Positions 1-11,748 of a DNA stretch of 64,000 nt are shown here, in pieces (positions within the stretch are counted from its first letter, which is position 1; each line of letters begins with the position of its first letter). The notes under the pieces were generated by a model that saw only the letters and a list, made by a program, of their open reading frames with translations, did no database searches and had not been told where the DNA came from. The DNA lies in NCBI GenBank assembly GCA_001662655.1, contig KV460243.1. One strand, given 5' to 3'. Position numbers and translations under genes: made by a program. Source of the DNA: Pseudogymnoascus verrucosus. Its lineage: Eukaryota.

Positions 1-328
1 TGCCGTGTAACAGTTGAATCCTTAGTGACAGCGGGATTGGAGTATCCGCAAGCGGGGTAAATGCAGCCTGCTAACAATCGGATCTGCCATTGGCAAGGCG
101 AAGGCTGAGGCGCTTTTGCGATGCGATTTGGTGCAACCATCAGCCCCTTCCGGCCCCGCGGAGAACCATCTATTCGATACACCAAGAGTGAGGCTCCGAA
201 GTGTCTACTATCCATTGGGTAAATGCACAATATGGGCCCGCATAAGTGATTACGAAATCCCCCTAGAGATGAGCGTGATTCTCAAGACGTAATAATTTCT
301 GCACGCACGATTACTATAAAGACCCGCC

Positions 329-3300
329 ATGGATCCCGCTAGCGGTGTTTCCATTCCTGGAAACACCTTTCAATTCCTCACCCTAGCGTATACCGTATCC
401 TCTCGACTAACAACGTACTGCAAGGCTAGCAGCGAGACTCCTCCGATATTCCATGAGCTGTCCGTTCAGATTCCTCTAGTCGCTGATATATGCCAAAAAC
501 TCCAAGACGATTCTTCGATCACCCCAGAACGACTATCTCATGTTCTAAAGGGGTGCAGTCGTATCCTTGAGACCCTGAACCAGATATTGTCAAAGGTCAT
601 CCCTGAAACGGGCGACTCCGTAAGGTCCAAAGTCCGAAAGGGAATAAAAAGCGTTACCATTGAGAATAAAGCCAAAGAATGCAAGACTGAGCTAGAGAGT
701 TACAAAGCGACATTAACGCTTTATCTTAGTGCCCAAAGACCATTCTTAGCTCACGCAGCTCTTGAACTTCCAACCTATCACTATCTGCCGTCGTTGGGAC
801 AAGCGAAATTCATCGGGCGGAAACAGCTTCTCAAGGCCATCGACCGTGTATTAAAAGCGGGAGGTCGAGACACCTGTGTTGCAGTCCTGCTGGGAATGGG
901 CGGACAGGGCAAAACTAGCCTAGCCATCGAATATTGCAGAGGAGAGAAATCCCGGGAACACTTCAAGACGATTCTGTGGATAAACAGCGTCTCGCACCTC
1001 TCCATCCAACGGAGCTTCGCAGAGATTGCAAAGAACATTGTAGCTTTGTCTGGCGAGCAGCGAGTCTTCCCTTCATCTAAAGCTCAGATTACCTTTATAC
1101 ACGGTATTGTCGAGAGCAGAAGCGCTCCGTGGCTCTTCGTATTTGATAACTACGATTGGCCTCAGAAGGTCAAACGCGTGCTCGATTACGCGCCACACTC
1201 AGCGAAAGGAGCAGTGATAATGACGACTCGACATGCGGATGTTGCTCAGTTAGGAACGCTTATTCCTGTATCCGGGATGAACGAAGTCGATGCGGTCGAA
1301 CTTCTCTTGGAACGCACTGGTCATGCACGCACTATCGGCAACTTAGAACAGGCAAAGGCTGTAGTGAAGATGCTTGGATATTTGCCTCTAGCCATTGATC
1401 AGAGCGCAGCTTATATTCGTTCTCGAAAGATCTCTCCCGAGCAATTTCTTGATCACTATAAAACTAGGAAAGAAAAATTATTGAAGTACCTTCCGTCTGT
1501 GTGGGACTATCAACGATCCTCGGGGGACGACGAAGATGAGCCTCCGCCTCTTAGTGTTTTTACAACATGGGAAATGTCCTTTACCCAAGCTGAGGAACAC
1601 AGCCCTATTGGCGATAATATTGGACACTTCCTTACCATACTTGGATTTTTCTCTCCACTGCAGATTCGGATGGAGATGTTCCAGGCCTACTATGAAGGGA
1701 TTCAACCCACGGGTGCTAACGCTTCGTCTTGGCTAGAGCCATTCTCGGATGGATCAAGCTGGGATAAATATGAATACCAGGACGCTGTTGTATTCGTATC
1801 CGAATTATCTCTTGTGACACACAGCGAAACATCCACTGATCCCGATGACCAACTACAAGATGCCCCCGGCTTCTGTACCATTGCACTGCACCCGCTAGTG
1901 CGGGACTGGGTGCAACTCAGGGTTCCGACTAGCGAGAGAAGGAAATATACCATCGAGGCCATAATTATCCTCGAACATTACATAATCTCCGCGGGCGATG
2001 ATTATCGAAACTGGCCTTTGAAAATACGGCTTCAAGCTCTTTCTCATGTCGACGCAACCCTGGAACTTCAGTCGAAGTACGCGACCGACTGGGCCAATAC
2101 TGATTACAACGAACTCCGTAAGGCCTTGTGTGTGATATGCTCCTTCTATGCCGACAACGGCAGGTATGAGGAGTCTGAAAGGATATGCAAAGAGATCCTA
2201 CACGCCGATACCAAAGGCCCGGACACGAAATCTCAAGCCGAATCAGCAGAGCTCCAGCTAACAGACATCTTCCTACTCCAAGGACGCTACGACGAAGTAG
2301 AAGAAATCATCGCCAGGCTCCTCGGGTCCTCGAAAAATAAAAGTGATAAGAAAACCAAAGTCCACATGGAGAAGAACCTCGCAAAAGCCTTTTCGAAACA
2401 GGGACGATATGACGAGGCCGCTGCTCTATACCACGATGTTCTAGAGCAGCAAGCATCTTTTCTCCCCATAAACGACCTAGATGTGCTCCACACAAAGGAG
2501 AACCTTGCATACGTATATCGCAACCAGGGCCTGCATCTCAAAGCCATCGATCTCTACGAAGCTATCCTAGAGGCTTATCGCCTTGCTGGCCTCGAGGACC
2601 ATCTGGATGCATTGAACTCTATGGTTAATCTCGCTAGTACATATCGTGCTCAGGCACAATACAGCCTCGCGACACCTCTGTACGAAAAAGCTAGCAAAGA
2701 GATCTCGGCCAAGCTCCATGCGGACCACCCGACGGCACTCTCCACCAAATCTTTCATGGCCATCAACCTTAGAGAGTTGCAGCGACACGAAGAAGCCGAA
2801 CACGCTTTCCGTGATGTTGTCGAACGATCTGCTAGGGTTCTAGGGTTGCTTCATCCTGACACACTCAAAGCTACGATGAATTTCGCTATCCTATGCGATA
2901 GGACGGGTAAACCGTTTGAAGCCGAGGAGCTGTATCGAACTACACTCATAGGTAGAGAACAGAAGTTGGGTACGGATAACCCATATACACTACGCACTGT
3001 GGAACGACTTGTCAGTTTGCTGTGGTCACAAAACCGCCTTGAGGAGGCTCTGGAGATTACTGCGAAGGCACTCAAAGCTCAGCAGAGAGGTTCGTTGGAG
3101 GAAGAAATGAAGACCCTAAACCTCGATAAACTAGACAAAATTGACACAACCTGGCCCTACCGACCCGTCGAAATACTCTTTGAAAGCGCCGTAGCAAGAG
3201 ACAATGCAAAACTAGCAGCAGCCCACCGCGACCGCATCGAGACGCAGAAATCCCTGGCTCGCGTTTACGAGTCACATGGAAAATTAGAGGAAGCCGGAGA

Positions 3301-3493
3301 ACTGCAAAGGCTTGCGGAGGCGGGGGAGGAGGTGTTGAGGCTGCAATTGTGGCAGACGGCGAGCCAGTGGAGGGGGTCGAGGGAGACGCTTGTGGAGACG
3401 GGGGTGGAGCCGTCGCCTTTGATGCTGGAATCACTTCCGGAAACGACTGGGCGGACATCGAGTGAGGGAACGAGTGAGAGGGGTCGGTCTTAG
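329..3493 (+). CDS. Fungal NLR-like STAND protein: N-terminal helical (SesA/HeLo-like) domain, NB-ARC NTPase, C-terminal TPR repeats
   Basis: Single 1054-aa ORF. P-loop GMGGQGKT, Walker B WLFVFDNYD, IMTTR sensor, GYLPLAI (GxP) motif, HPLVRDW. TPR-type repeats such as NLAYVYRNQG, NLASTYRAQAQY, LGLLHPDTL, LGTDNPYTL. Confidence 0.85.
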   Translation: MDPASGVSIPGNTFQFLTLAYTVSSRLTTYCKASSETPPIFHELSVQIPLVADICQKLQDDSSITPERLSHVLKGCSRILETLNQILSKVIPETGDSVRSKVRKGIKSVTIENKAKECKTELESYKATLTLYLSAQRPFLAHAALELPTYHYLPSLGQAKFIGRKQLLKAIDRVLKAGGRDTCVAVLLGMGGQGKTSLAIEYCRGEKSREHFKTILWINSVSHLSIQRSFAEIAKNIVALSGEQRVFPSSKAQITFIHGIVESRSAPWLFVFDNYDWPQKVKRVLDYAPHSAKGAVIMTTRHADVAQLGTLIPVSGMNEVDAVELLLERTGHARTIGNLEQAKAVVKMLGYLPLAIDQSAAYIRSRKISPEQFLDHYKTRKEKLLKYLPSVWDYQRSSGDDEDEPPPLSVFTTWEMSFTQAEEHSPIGDNIGHFLTILGFFSPLQIRMEMFQAYYEGIQPTGANASSWLEPFSDGSSWDKYEYQDAVVFVSELSLVTHSETSTDPDDQLQDAPGFCTIALHPLVRDWVQLRVPTSERRKYTIEAIIILEHYIISAGDDYRNWPLKIRLQALSHVDATLELQSKYATDWANTDYNELRKALCVICSFYADNGRYEESERICKEILHADTKGPDTKSQAESAELQLTDIFLLQGRYDEVEEIIARLLGSSKNKSDKKTKVHMEKNLAKAFSKQGRYDEAAALYHDVLEQQASFLPINDLDVLHTKENLAYVYRNQGLHLKAIDLYEAILEAYRLAGLEDHLDALNSMVNLASTYRAQAQYSLATPLYEKASKEISAKLHADHPTALSTKSFMAINLRELQRHEEAEHAFRDVVERSARVLGLLHPDTLKATMNFAILCDRTGKPFEAEELYRTTLIGREQKLGTDNPYTLRTVERLVSLLWSQNRLEEALEITAKALKAQQRGSLEEEMKTLNLDKLDKIDTTWPYRPVEILFESAVARDNAKLAAAHRDRIETQKSLARVYESHGKLEEAGELQRLAEAGEEVLRLQLWQTASQWRGSRETLVETGVEPSPLMLESLPETTGRTSSEGTSERGRS

Positions 3494-4014
3494 AATGCAA
3501 GTGGGTGAAAGCTATTATCATCGTGGCTCAGCTACTTTCACCGACCCCTAGTTTCTGAACACTATACCGAAACGCCTTCAATAATCAGACGCAGGTACAG
3601 ATCTAGGGACAAGATACGCCGTAGCCACGCAGCTCGAATTGGGTTTCACGTTCATCCATTCTATGACCTTGTATATTAGAAATAGAGTATTAATTGAGAC
3701 AAGACCCTCGTTATTTATGGGGGTTTGTCTTTGAATATCGCGAGTAGTGGAGTATAATTTACAAATGCAATTAGTATGTTCTGCGAAATAATACATTTAT
3801 ATAATATTATACATTTCCTAATCAAGGCCGCAGTGTCCTAGCAGTATGATAGGGACAAGCCTTTCCTAACTCTCCCTCTTCATCATCACTCTCCTTCCGA
3901 ACATCCTCAAGTTCATGGACTCTCATCATGCAACGCATGACCCTCCCCGCTCCGCTACACTGCATAACCACCTCACGGGTACTAACTTCGTAGAACTAAA
4001 AATCTATAGCTCAC

Positions 4015-4464
4015 ATGCGGGCGGCCCGTTCCATTATTTCGCAGCTTTACTCCGATATATATTTTCCAATAATAGTCTCTAATTGGAGAATGTATGGTCT
4101 TTACCCCTCTTCAGCACCAGGTGCTACTTCATACTACGGCGTCCTAAAAATCACCGACATCCAACACGCAGATGGCAGCCCCATCAAAGTCCAAAAGACA
4201 CTCAACATCGCTTTCAAGGCACCCGTGGCAATTATTGGGAACCAAGATTTCAATCTGACGCTTGATCCTTGGGTAGAGATCACTCCCACAACCACCAACA
4301 ACGAGATAGACCCGTCGACGTTTGACGTAGCGGCAAAACTGCCGTTCCCTAAGCCTTATACGATTAATGATCGGTTCGCCATTGATATTAGCTTCGGTGG
4401 TGATATAACGGAGGACACCAAGCGCTATATTGAGTCAATTGTGATCACTCAGGATTCCGAATAA
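4015..4464 (+). CDS. Small hypothetical protein (beta-rich composition); true start uncertain (possibly ATG 4090)
   Basis: 149-aa ORF with protein-like composition from about MYGLYP onward; no family recognised. Confidence 0.4.
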   Translation: MRAARSIISQLYSDIYFPIIVSNWRMYGLYPSSAPGATSYYGVLKITDIQHADGSPIKVQKTLNIAFKAPVAIIGNQDFNLTLDPWVEITPTTTNNEIDPSTFDVAAKLPFPKPYTINDRFAIDISFGGDITEDTKRYIESIVITQDSE

Positions 4465-6332
4465 GTCTGCTGCGCCCGATCCATGGTTGAGGTTCATAAT
4501 GAGGCATGGCCGCCCAGACTGAAAACATGGTTCCTGATCTGTTGGCACTACTCATAGCACCTACCCATAAAGGGCCGTCAATCAGGCACGGGGATACCAG
4601 GCTATCTTATATAGTCTAGCTACTCCCATGGGGTCAGAATCAGACTTACACTCCACACGAGCCCGTAGTTGCCCTCGTGAGAATGGTGTACCTGGGAGTG
4701 TTTCGGAATACAAACTGCCTATTTCCGTCCCAGCCAGTGCCCAAGAAGAGAATCAGCCGCGTCGACACGTAACATGTGTAACATGTGGAAGAGGCGGCTG
4801 AGTTGGTGCTGGGCTGATGGTTTGTTAGTTAATGGTGGTGAAAGACAGCCATACGCTCTTGGGGGCTACTTTGTTTCAGCAATATGTCCTCCGACCCTAT
4901 CTTAAGTCAACAATTCGATCATCTTGGTAGATTCCAGACATCAATAGAGACGTTGACTTCCAAAGTGCAAGGCTGTAATGATCTACAAACATCAACTCCA
5001 AATGAAGCCCGGTTGGGCCCGTGTTAAGTCCCAGCAACCACCGGCCAACACGCAACGGCCAGTGCTGATCTCCTCCTGTAATCGCAACAATAGGGCTGAA
5101 ACTGGATGCAGGTCATTGACGCCCGGGATATTGCTTGTTGGGATCCTGTCAGGATCTCGATCCTTGTGCCCTGTAAGTTAAGTTTGTTGCCAAGCAGAGA
5201 TTGTGCCTGTAAGTCATCGTGCCAAGACAGAGATTGTGGCGTTCATTGGCAATATATGGTGCATGGATAGATGTGCATATTTCCCTGTTTATATGTGTTA
5301 GCTGGTATAAGTTGGCTATATCGATAGTTTGGCTGGGGATTGGATGATAAACTTGCATATGCTAATCTTGTAATCTTGTAATCTTACTTTCTCCTCACAC
5401 TCATACACGGCTGAAAATACTACTTTGTTATCGATTTATTTGAGAATTGAGGGTGAATTGATGATGATTTGCTGGTGGTTACTTTGGCTATCGTGTCCTT
5501 CAGAGCTGACACCCGTATTAAGTGGATTTTGCATTATTCCGAACCACATTTTCTCCCGTTCGTATACCCGAATAAAGGAGGACCAGGACCCTTTCCAGGT
5601 GATTCGGTCCAAGGTTCAGGCCAAGGTTCGGTCTATCATTCGTTGATCGTCGCTCCTTGACACATTTGACGTCCAGATGTGGCTGGTTTTAATCGGAGTA
5701 CTGGGTTAGTACCTGCCATGGCATAGAATCAAGCACTAAAAGCCAAGTTACTATTTGTATAATTGTTCTGGACGCTCATAGCTTGCACATAATTTTCCGA
5801 TTTAGGAGCTCGTAGCGGGACGATTTCTAGTATTTTTTACTAGTAATTCCTAGTAATTCCTGCTATTTCCTGCTATTTTACTAGTAATTACATAGTTATT
5901 GCATAGTGTTTTCGGTGTTTTCAGTATTTTCCGCAATAAAACCAAGTTTCGTGCGATACGAAAATAAAAATAAAAATACACATCACAATAATCAATCGTA
6001 ATAATGACAAGAATAGCTACAGTTTATGAAATATGAACAAATCTGAAGAAATGTAAAAATATGAAAATATGAAATTAAGTACTACCTTGGTGTGACATAC
6101 ATACAAACTATACTTACTGCCGCCGTTTGTTTCTGATCTGCAGCCACCCAAAATATACCCTGTTGTACCTGTTTTGTTCGACCTTGGCCTTGAACTTTTG
6201 TCTTTGGTCTGTTGTATCTCTGTGTGGAGGTGTGACTTGTTTCCGATTCTATATTTCTCTTTTCCCCCCCCCCCCTTCAATAACTTCATTCTTTCCCTTC
6301 TTCCCCTTCACTCTCCTCATTATTTGACTCAG

Positions 6333-9300
6333 ATGCCTTCAGAAGACCCCGATAACGACGACGGAGACGGCATGTCTTACCGCGCCACAGCCAACAAAAC
6401 ACCGCCCCAGCTGCAATTTCAACCATCTCCACCACCAGCACAACCCAAGTCCGGCGCCGCGCCCATGGATGATATGCTATTTATGGATCCGCCAACAGCG
6501 TCGCATCGCGACGAAAACCCGGAGCCAACGGCAGCATCGCCCATCGCCACGCCTCTCACTCTCACCAGAAGTGGCTTCCTCAATAATCCCAATACCACCG
6601 TCCCGAGCCTCTTCAGCAGATCCACGCACCGCAGCTACGACCCCATTGACGGCAGCAGCGACCGCGACGCCGACGGCTTCAGCGCCAATACGAGCCCGCT
6701 CCTGACAACCAGCGAAGGTAGCAAGGGGGACGACTTAGCCGGCTTCAGGCGGAGATTGGACACCGACACCACTACCAGCCCGGCGCGCTTCGAGACGGAC
6801 GATAACGACGACGCGGTCACGGCGAGCACGGCGTTACTACACGAACCTGTCGTTCGGAGGGCGAGCACACGAGGTGTCCGGGTTCGACATCCTACACCAG
6901 GACTACAGACGCTACAGGGGGCTTATACAGCGAACGTGGTGCAGTTAGAGCGGTCGGCGGAGAAACTCAGCATGACGTCCAGCATTGAAGACTCGATCCG
7001 CAATGCGTACGAGGAGGTGAAGAAGTCGGATAGCAGGATGAACTCGCTCCGACAATCCTCGCTGATGAACCTCGTCACCGACATCCCGTACGAGGGCGTA
7101 TCAACATCGACACAACTCACGAGCGCGGTGGAGGTCGCGAGCCCGTTAAACTTTGCGAGCCCGACGTTTCCGACAAGGGATACGAATTCTTTGCATTCCA
7201 CCACCTCGACGTCGATCCTGGATGTGAATAATGCCGCGAGATCGGGAGGTTACTCGCCGGGAGGTGCGGTTATACTTGGTGCGAGGCCCAGGGCGGACTC
7301 GAAGACCTCGAAGACATCAAAGTATGGGACACGGCCGGAGCCGGAGATGGAGGGGCGACCGCTGAGCGAGTTCGTGCCTTCAAGAAACAACTCGTACCTG
7401 TCGTCGCGGAACGTCTCGAGGGCACCATCGATCGCGGAGAAGGAGGAGGAGGAGGCAGCAGTCAGGAGGCCGCTGGCTATCAGGAATCTGTCGGCGGATG
7501 ATATTGATGTTGATGAGGAGAAGACGGATATAGGACTGAATAAACTCGTTCCAGACGATTCACAGTCGGAGATGGACCAGGCACAGGAGCTATTTGACGA
7601 CTTTGATGGCCAACACTATGCGAATATGGCTGCACCACCTGCAAATGCACCACCGCCGCCTCCAGCAGCGGAACCAAGGCCGGATATCCAAAAACGAAGG
7701 GATTCATCAGCAAATACGCTGTCGATGGCACGCCCTAAATCATATGCCGATCCGCTCACAGGACAGCAGATGGTATTCTACCCCGCGCCCGTCCCATCAA
7801 TGCTCATGCTCCCCCAAAAGCTCTCCAACCGCCCCTCCCCAGCGAAGAGAGAAAAACGCCGCACCCAAGCTCTCAGCACCCTCCCACCACTAGCCCTCCA
7901 ATCCGCACCCTGGCTCCAAGACGTCGTCGAAGGCCAACAAACCGAACAGTCCCAGCAAATCCCCGACGAAGTCCTCGACGCCGAATACCTCGCGCAGCAC
8001 CACAAGCAAAAAGTTGGCGGTCGCCGCTCCACACAAGACCTCCTCCACATGCCCGAACAACTCCGAGCAAACGAGTTCTTCGAGCAGCCACAGCCCCACC
8101 AACTCGTCGAGATCAAGGAACAATCCGCCGTCGCGACACTAGACAACATCCTCGACGCCTCTGCCTACGCCCCCGTCTCCGCCTTCACCGACCACGCCTA
8201 CGCAGGCCGCCTGGGAGCCGAAGTCTACGGCGCCCACGACCCCCGCGCCACCCGCACCAAGAGCCAACTCCTCGCCCCCCCCGAAGCCCCCAAGAAGCGC
8301 GTATCCTCCTTCTTCGGCCTCGGTCTCGGCGGCGGCGATAAGAGCGACCGAGCCCGCAGCTCAACAGTAACCAGCATGCTCGGCCTCGACAAAACACCCT
8401 CCTACACCGCCGTAGCAGACGACTCGCACTCCCCCCGCCTCCCCCCCTCCCCCTCCAACGGCCTCGACAACACCGGCGACGGCGACGAATTCGACGCCGA
8501 CGGCCCCCCTTCACCCCGCGAGCGCGACCACGACGACACTTACATCGGGGCCCCCACCACTCTCCTCGCCGAGCTGCAGCTGCGCAAACAACACGCCAAG
8601 ACGCGCACGCAGAACCTAACTCAGGCAGCGGGCTCGCGCTCTACGCTGCTTGAGCTGGATGCCGTGGCGCTGGTGGAATCGAAAGCGAGACAGCAGAAAC
8701 GCGTCACACTTGCGTGGCAGGAACAGCATCCGGAGGAGGAGGAGGAGGATGATGATGTGCCGCTTGGTGTGCTGTTCCCGGGACAGTCGCTGCAGCAGCT
8801 AGATCGTGCGTCGAGACCAATGGGACTCATGGAGCGCAGAGAGCTAGAAGACAATGAACCACTCAGCCAGCGCCGTGACCGCCTCCTTGGTCGCGGCGGA
8901 CTACAGCGCGAACCACTTCGTCGTCACACCCCCGAGCCCGGTCACACCCCCGAGCCGGCGGAGGACTCGAATCCCCTCCCCAACGCTCGGCCGGTGAGCG
9001 GAGCCTTCTCGCTTGAACTACTAAACCAGTTCGGCGACCCCTCGCCCCCAGACGCTGCCCCAGAGGAAGAAGAAGAAGAAACCCTCGGCCAACGCCGTCG
9101 CCGTCTCCTCGCCGAGCGCGAAGCCGCCGCGAAACCAGCACCAAAACAGCGCCGCAGCATGGCCGACATCCTCTCTGCGCACCCTGCCGCCAGTAGGGGC
9201 GAGTACCCTCATCTCGCTGAGCACCTCCAACAACAGCAACAAAAACAACAACAACAGCGCAGCGCGGGGCATCGACAATCGATATTCCCCACCGCACCGC

Positions 9301-9545
9301 AATTATACCCCGAGATGGGAATGAACTACCAAAGCCAAGTCGGTGGCGGGATGGGAAGCGGAATGACGGGGCGCGAGATGGTGGAGCAGATGAAAGCTAT
9401 CCGTGCCAGACAGGCGCAGCAGGGGGGCTGGGGACAGCAGCAGATGTGGCAGGGGATGGCGGCGCAGGGGATGGGGCCGCAGCAGGGGGGTGGGGTGGAT
9501 ATGGTGGAGAGGTGGAGGAGGAGTGTTATGCTTCCTGGGGCGTAG
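6333..9545 (+). CDS. Large, low-complexity hypothetical fungal protein
   Basis: Long open frame; first ATG (MPSEDPD) at 6333 after a pyrimidine-rich leader. Conserved-looking blocks (YPAPVPSMLMLPQKLS, SAVATLDNILDASAYAPVSAFTDH, PTTLLAELQLRK, DDDVPLG) sit within disordered sequence. Confidence 0.75.
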   Translation: MPSEDPDNDDGDGMSYRATANKTPPQLQFQPSPPPAQPKSGAAPMDDMLFMDPPTASHRDENPEPTAASPIATPLTLTRSGFLNNPNTTVPSLFSRSTHRSYDPIDGSSDRDADGFSANTSPLLTTSEGSKGDDLAGFRRRLDTDTTTSPARFETDDNDDAVTASTALLHEPVVRRASTRGVRVRHPTPGLQTLQGAYTANVVQLERSAEKLSMTSSIEDSIRNAYEEVKKSDSRMNSLRQSSLMNLVTDIPYEGVSTSTQLTSAVEVASPLNFASPTFPTRDTNSLHSTTSTSILDVNNAARSGGYSPGGAVILGARPRADSKTSKTSKYGTRPEPEMEGRPLSEFVPSRNNSYLSSRNVSRAPSIAEKEEEEAAVRRPLAIRNLSADDIDVDEEKTDIGLNKLVPDDSQSEMDQAQELFDDFDGQHYANMAAPPANAPPPPPAAEPRPDIQKRRDSSANTLSMARPKSYADPLTGQQMVFYPAPVPSMLMLPQKLSNRPSPAKREKRRTQALSTLPPLALQSAPWLQDVVEGQQTEQSQQIPDEVLDAEYLAQHHKQKVGGRRSTQDLLHMPEQLRANEFFEQPQPHQLVEIKEQSAVATLDNILDASAYAPVSAFTDHAYAGRLGAEVYGAHDPRATRTKSQLLAPPEAPKKRVSSFFGLGLGGGDKSDRARSSTVTSMLGLDKTPSYTAVADDSHSPRLPPSPSNGLDNTGDGDEFDADGPPSPRERDHDDTYIGAPTTLLAELQLRKQHAKTRTQNLTQAAGSRSTLLELDAVALVESKARQQKRVTLAWQEQHPEEEEEDDDVPLGVLFPGQSLQQLDRASRPMGLMERRELEDNEPLSQRRDRLLGRGGLQREPLRRHTPEPGHTPEPAEDSNPLPNARPVSGAFSLELLNQFGDPSPPDAAPEEEEEETLGQRRRRLLAEREAAAKPAPKQRRSMADILSAHPAASRGEYPHLAEHLQQQQQKQQQQRSAGHRQSIFPTAPQLYPEMGMNYQSQVGGGMGSGMTGREMVEQMKAIRARQAQQGGWGQQQMWQGMAAQGMGPQQGGGVDMVERWRRSVMLPGA

Positions 9546-10010
9546 GTGGTGGGATGGTGTGTGTGATATATGTGTGATGTGGTGTTTTTTTTGGCTTGGG
9601 AAGGGGGATAATATAGATGGGTTGGTGCATTGCGTGGATGGGTGGGATGTGGATTGGGTTGGGGGGGATATGTAATGTTTGTAATAGAGTAATAATTATG
9701 GGAATACTTGTACCAGAACTGACCGAACTTTGGGTCACGGTGTGTATGGTGGATATGAGGAGTTCGTTTTGGTGTGATTGTACAATTATTGATTAGCTAT
9801 GGGGTATATCTAGTCCCACCCATCCCCAGGAGTCTCTTGTTGCTCCTGCTCATGATTATTTCGTGCAACGCCTGTTTCCCATCCTCCTTAGGACAACACA
9901 ATTATACGTAAGTAAAGGGGTATCCAAGGTCTCTCCGTCTATGCGGCGCCGGTTCTCGGTCTTGCGTACTTCAACAATCCATCCCTCCCAGTTTGTGTTT
10001 GGTCATTTCA

Positions 10011-11231
10011 TCAAACCTCTTCGCTGCCGCCGCCACCTCCCAGCTCGGGATGCCGCACCACCGAGCCACCAGACATGAAGCTGCCATTAGACAGGGACAC
10101 CCAGCTCTCGCTCGGGGATAATGAAGCACTTGGCGACCTCCGTCCGCGGGGTGTGCTGGCCCGCGAGATCTGTATTCCCAATCCTCCATACGCCATCTTA
10201 TCATCTCCCCCATCAAATCTCGCAATCGGTTCTCTTCTCACAGACCCCTCCTGACTAACCACCGACTCATCAGCCCCTTCATCATCATCATTCTCATCCT
10301 CCTCCTCCATCTCACTCTCACTCTCCTCCACAGGTCCACCCCCTAACGGCCTAACCCCCCTCAAAACCTCAGCAAATAAACCCATCAACCCCCTAAACTC
10401 CTCCTCCCCCACTGCCCTCCCAGAAAACCTCGCCTCCTCATACCCCCCCACAAACTCCTTCCACGGCACCCCCGCATCAAGCACCTTAAGCTCCAACAAC
10501 ACAACCATATACTCCCTTAGCCCCGCACTCGCCCGCCTCGGTAGCAGCGCTAGACTCCCCGCCGTCGCACCAGATAGGGCTACAGCCTTCGCTTCAATAA
10601 GATGCGGGAGCTCCGCTATCACGGGCGCGTAGTGCAGGTTCGGCAGATCGGGAGATGTAGGTGGTGACCAGCCCGCGTGTGCGATAGGTCCCCACACCGG
10701 ATCGGCCGTAGGCATTAGCGCTGCATCTGCAGCTTCGGCTTCTCGTCGTCGCCGTCGCCGTCGTCGGAGCAGGCGGTGTGTGTGTTGTGCCAGACCCCGG
10801 GACGTGGGTTCGATAGTCGCAGAGGGGAGGGGACATGCGAGTCCGATATCAACAGCTGCTGTATTCGTAGCCGGTGTGTGAGGTCTCGCATTCGACGCAA
10901 CGAGTGCAGATCTCCGGAGCGCATCGCGGATTAAACAGTGTACCTTTGGAGGCAAATCGGCAGGTGTGAGAGGGAGGTAAGGTTTCGGTATCGACGCAAG
11001 AATAGTGCGTGTTGTGTAGAGTCGAGAGGCGTAGAAGAGGAGTGCAAAGAGGGCGGTGAGGAAATAGACAGAGGCGATTACGAAGACATTGTATAGTTGC
11101 CTGTTTGTGAGGGCTTGGCGGATGGCGTCGGCGGGGGGGATGATCAGGAGGACGAGGAGGATGAGCGCGAGGAGGGCGTAGAGTGTTGTGTAGAAGATGA
11201 CGAAGAGGCCGGGGGTGCGGGCGCGGGCCAT
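10011..11231 (-). CDS. DLT1: DLT1-like (defect at low temperature) membrane protein
   Basis: ATG at 11231 (MARART). Two N-terminal TM helices followed by SRLYTTRTILASIPKPYLPLTPADLP; C-terminal YEEARFSG..EEEFRGLMGLF block and acidic tail, as in fungal Dlt1 proteins. Confidence 0.6.
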   Translation of the reverse strand: MARARTPGLFVIFYTTLYALLALILLVLLIIPPADAIRQALTNRQLYNVFVIASVYFLTALFALLFYASRLYTTRTILASIPKPYLPLTPADLPPKVHCLIRDALRRSALVASNARPHTPATNTAAVDIGLACPLPSATIEPTSRGLAQHTHRLLRRRRRRRREAEAADAALMPTADPVWGPIAHAGWSPPTSPDLPNLHYAPVIAELPHLIEAKAVALSGATAGSLALLPRRASAGLREYMVVLLELKVLDAGVPWKEFVGGYEEARFSGRAVGEEEFRGLMGLFAEVLRGVRPLGGGPVEESESEMEEEDENDDDEGADESVVSQEGSVRREPIARFDGGDDKMAYGGLGIQISRASTPRGRRSPSASLSPSESWVSLSNGSFMSGGSVVRHPELGGGGGSEEV

Positions 11232-11748
11232 GGTGTGGGTGGGTGGTGGTGCATTATTGGGGGGGTGTGGGAGGTGGGAGCATCGCAGGGCCGGTTGGGG
11301 GGTGGTTGCGGTCGAGGGTGAGGCTGGATGGGAGATTGGAGATGATGCTCGAGAGGGGAGGATAGGCGGTGGCGGCGGGCGGGTATGAGTCGTCTTTCGG
11401 ATATAGGGATGTGAAGTTATAAACTCTAGGAGCGAGTATCCTATATCCAAGATAATAGAAATGTGCAGGTTGGTATTTCCATAGGGTGAGTTTGAAAAGG
11501 ATTGGGCGGTGGTCTTGCATGTGTTGTTGTCGACCTTCGCAATTTGGTCCAGACCAAATATTGGATGGATGACTAAGCTGACGTCGACATCAATGCGAAT
11601 AACGAACAAACATTTGGATAAAGGAGTATCATAAATTTATGGTCGTATTTCTGATGAAGTATTCCACATATTTATTATATTTTCAGCAGAATACTTTTAT
11701 ACCTTCAGATATAAATGCCTACATTACTATCGCCAAGATTTGTCCTTC

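Noticed and set aside
5827..5900. Short repeats (TAGTAATTCC, TGCTATTT) in an AT-rich stretch
   Set aside because: Simple slippage-type low-complexity sequence; no TIRs, LTRs or transposase remnant recognised.
6419..9738. Many antisense and alternate-frame ORFs over the large GC-rich gene (also over other CDSs)
   Set aside because: Shadow ORFs from codon bias; no recognisable motifs.
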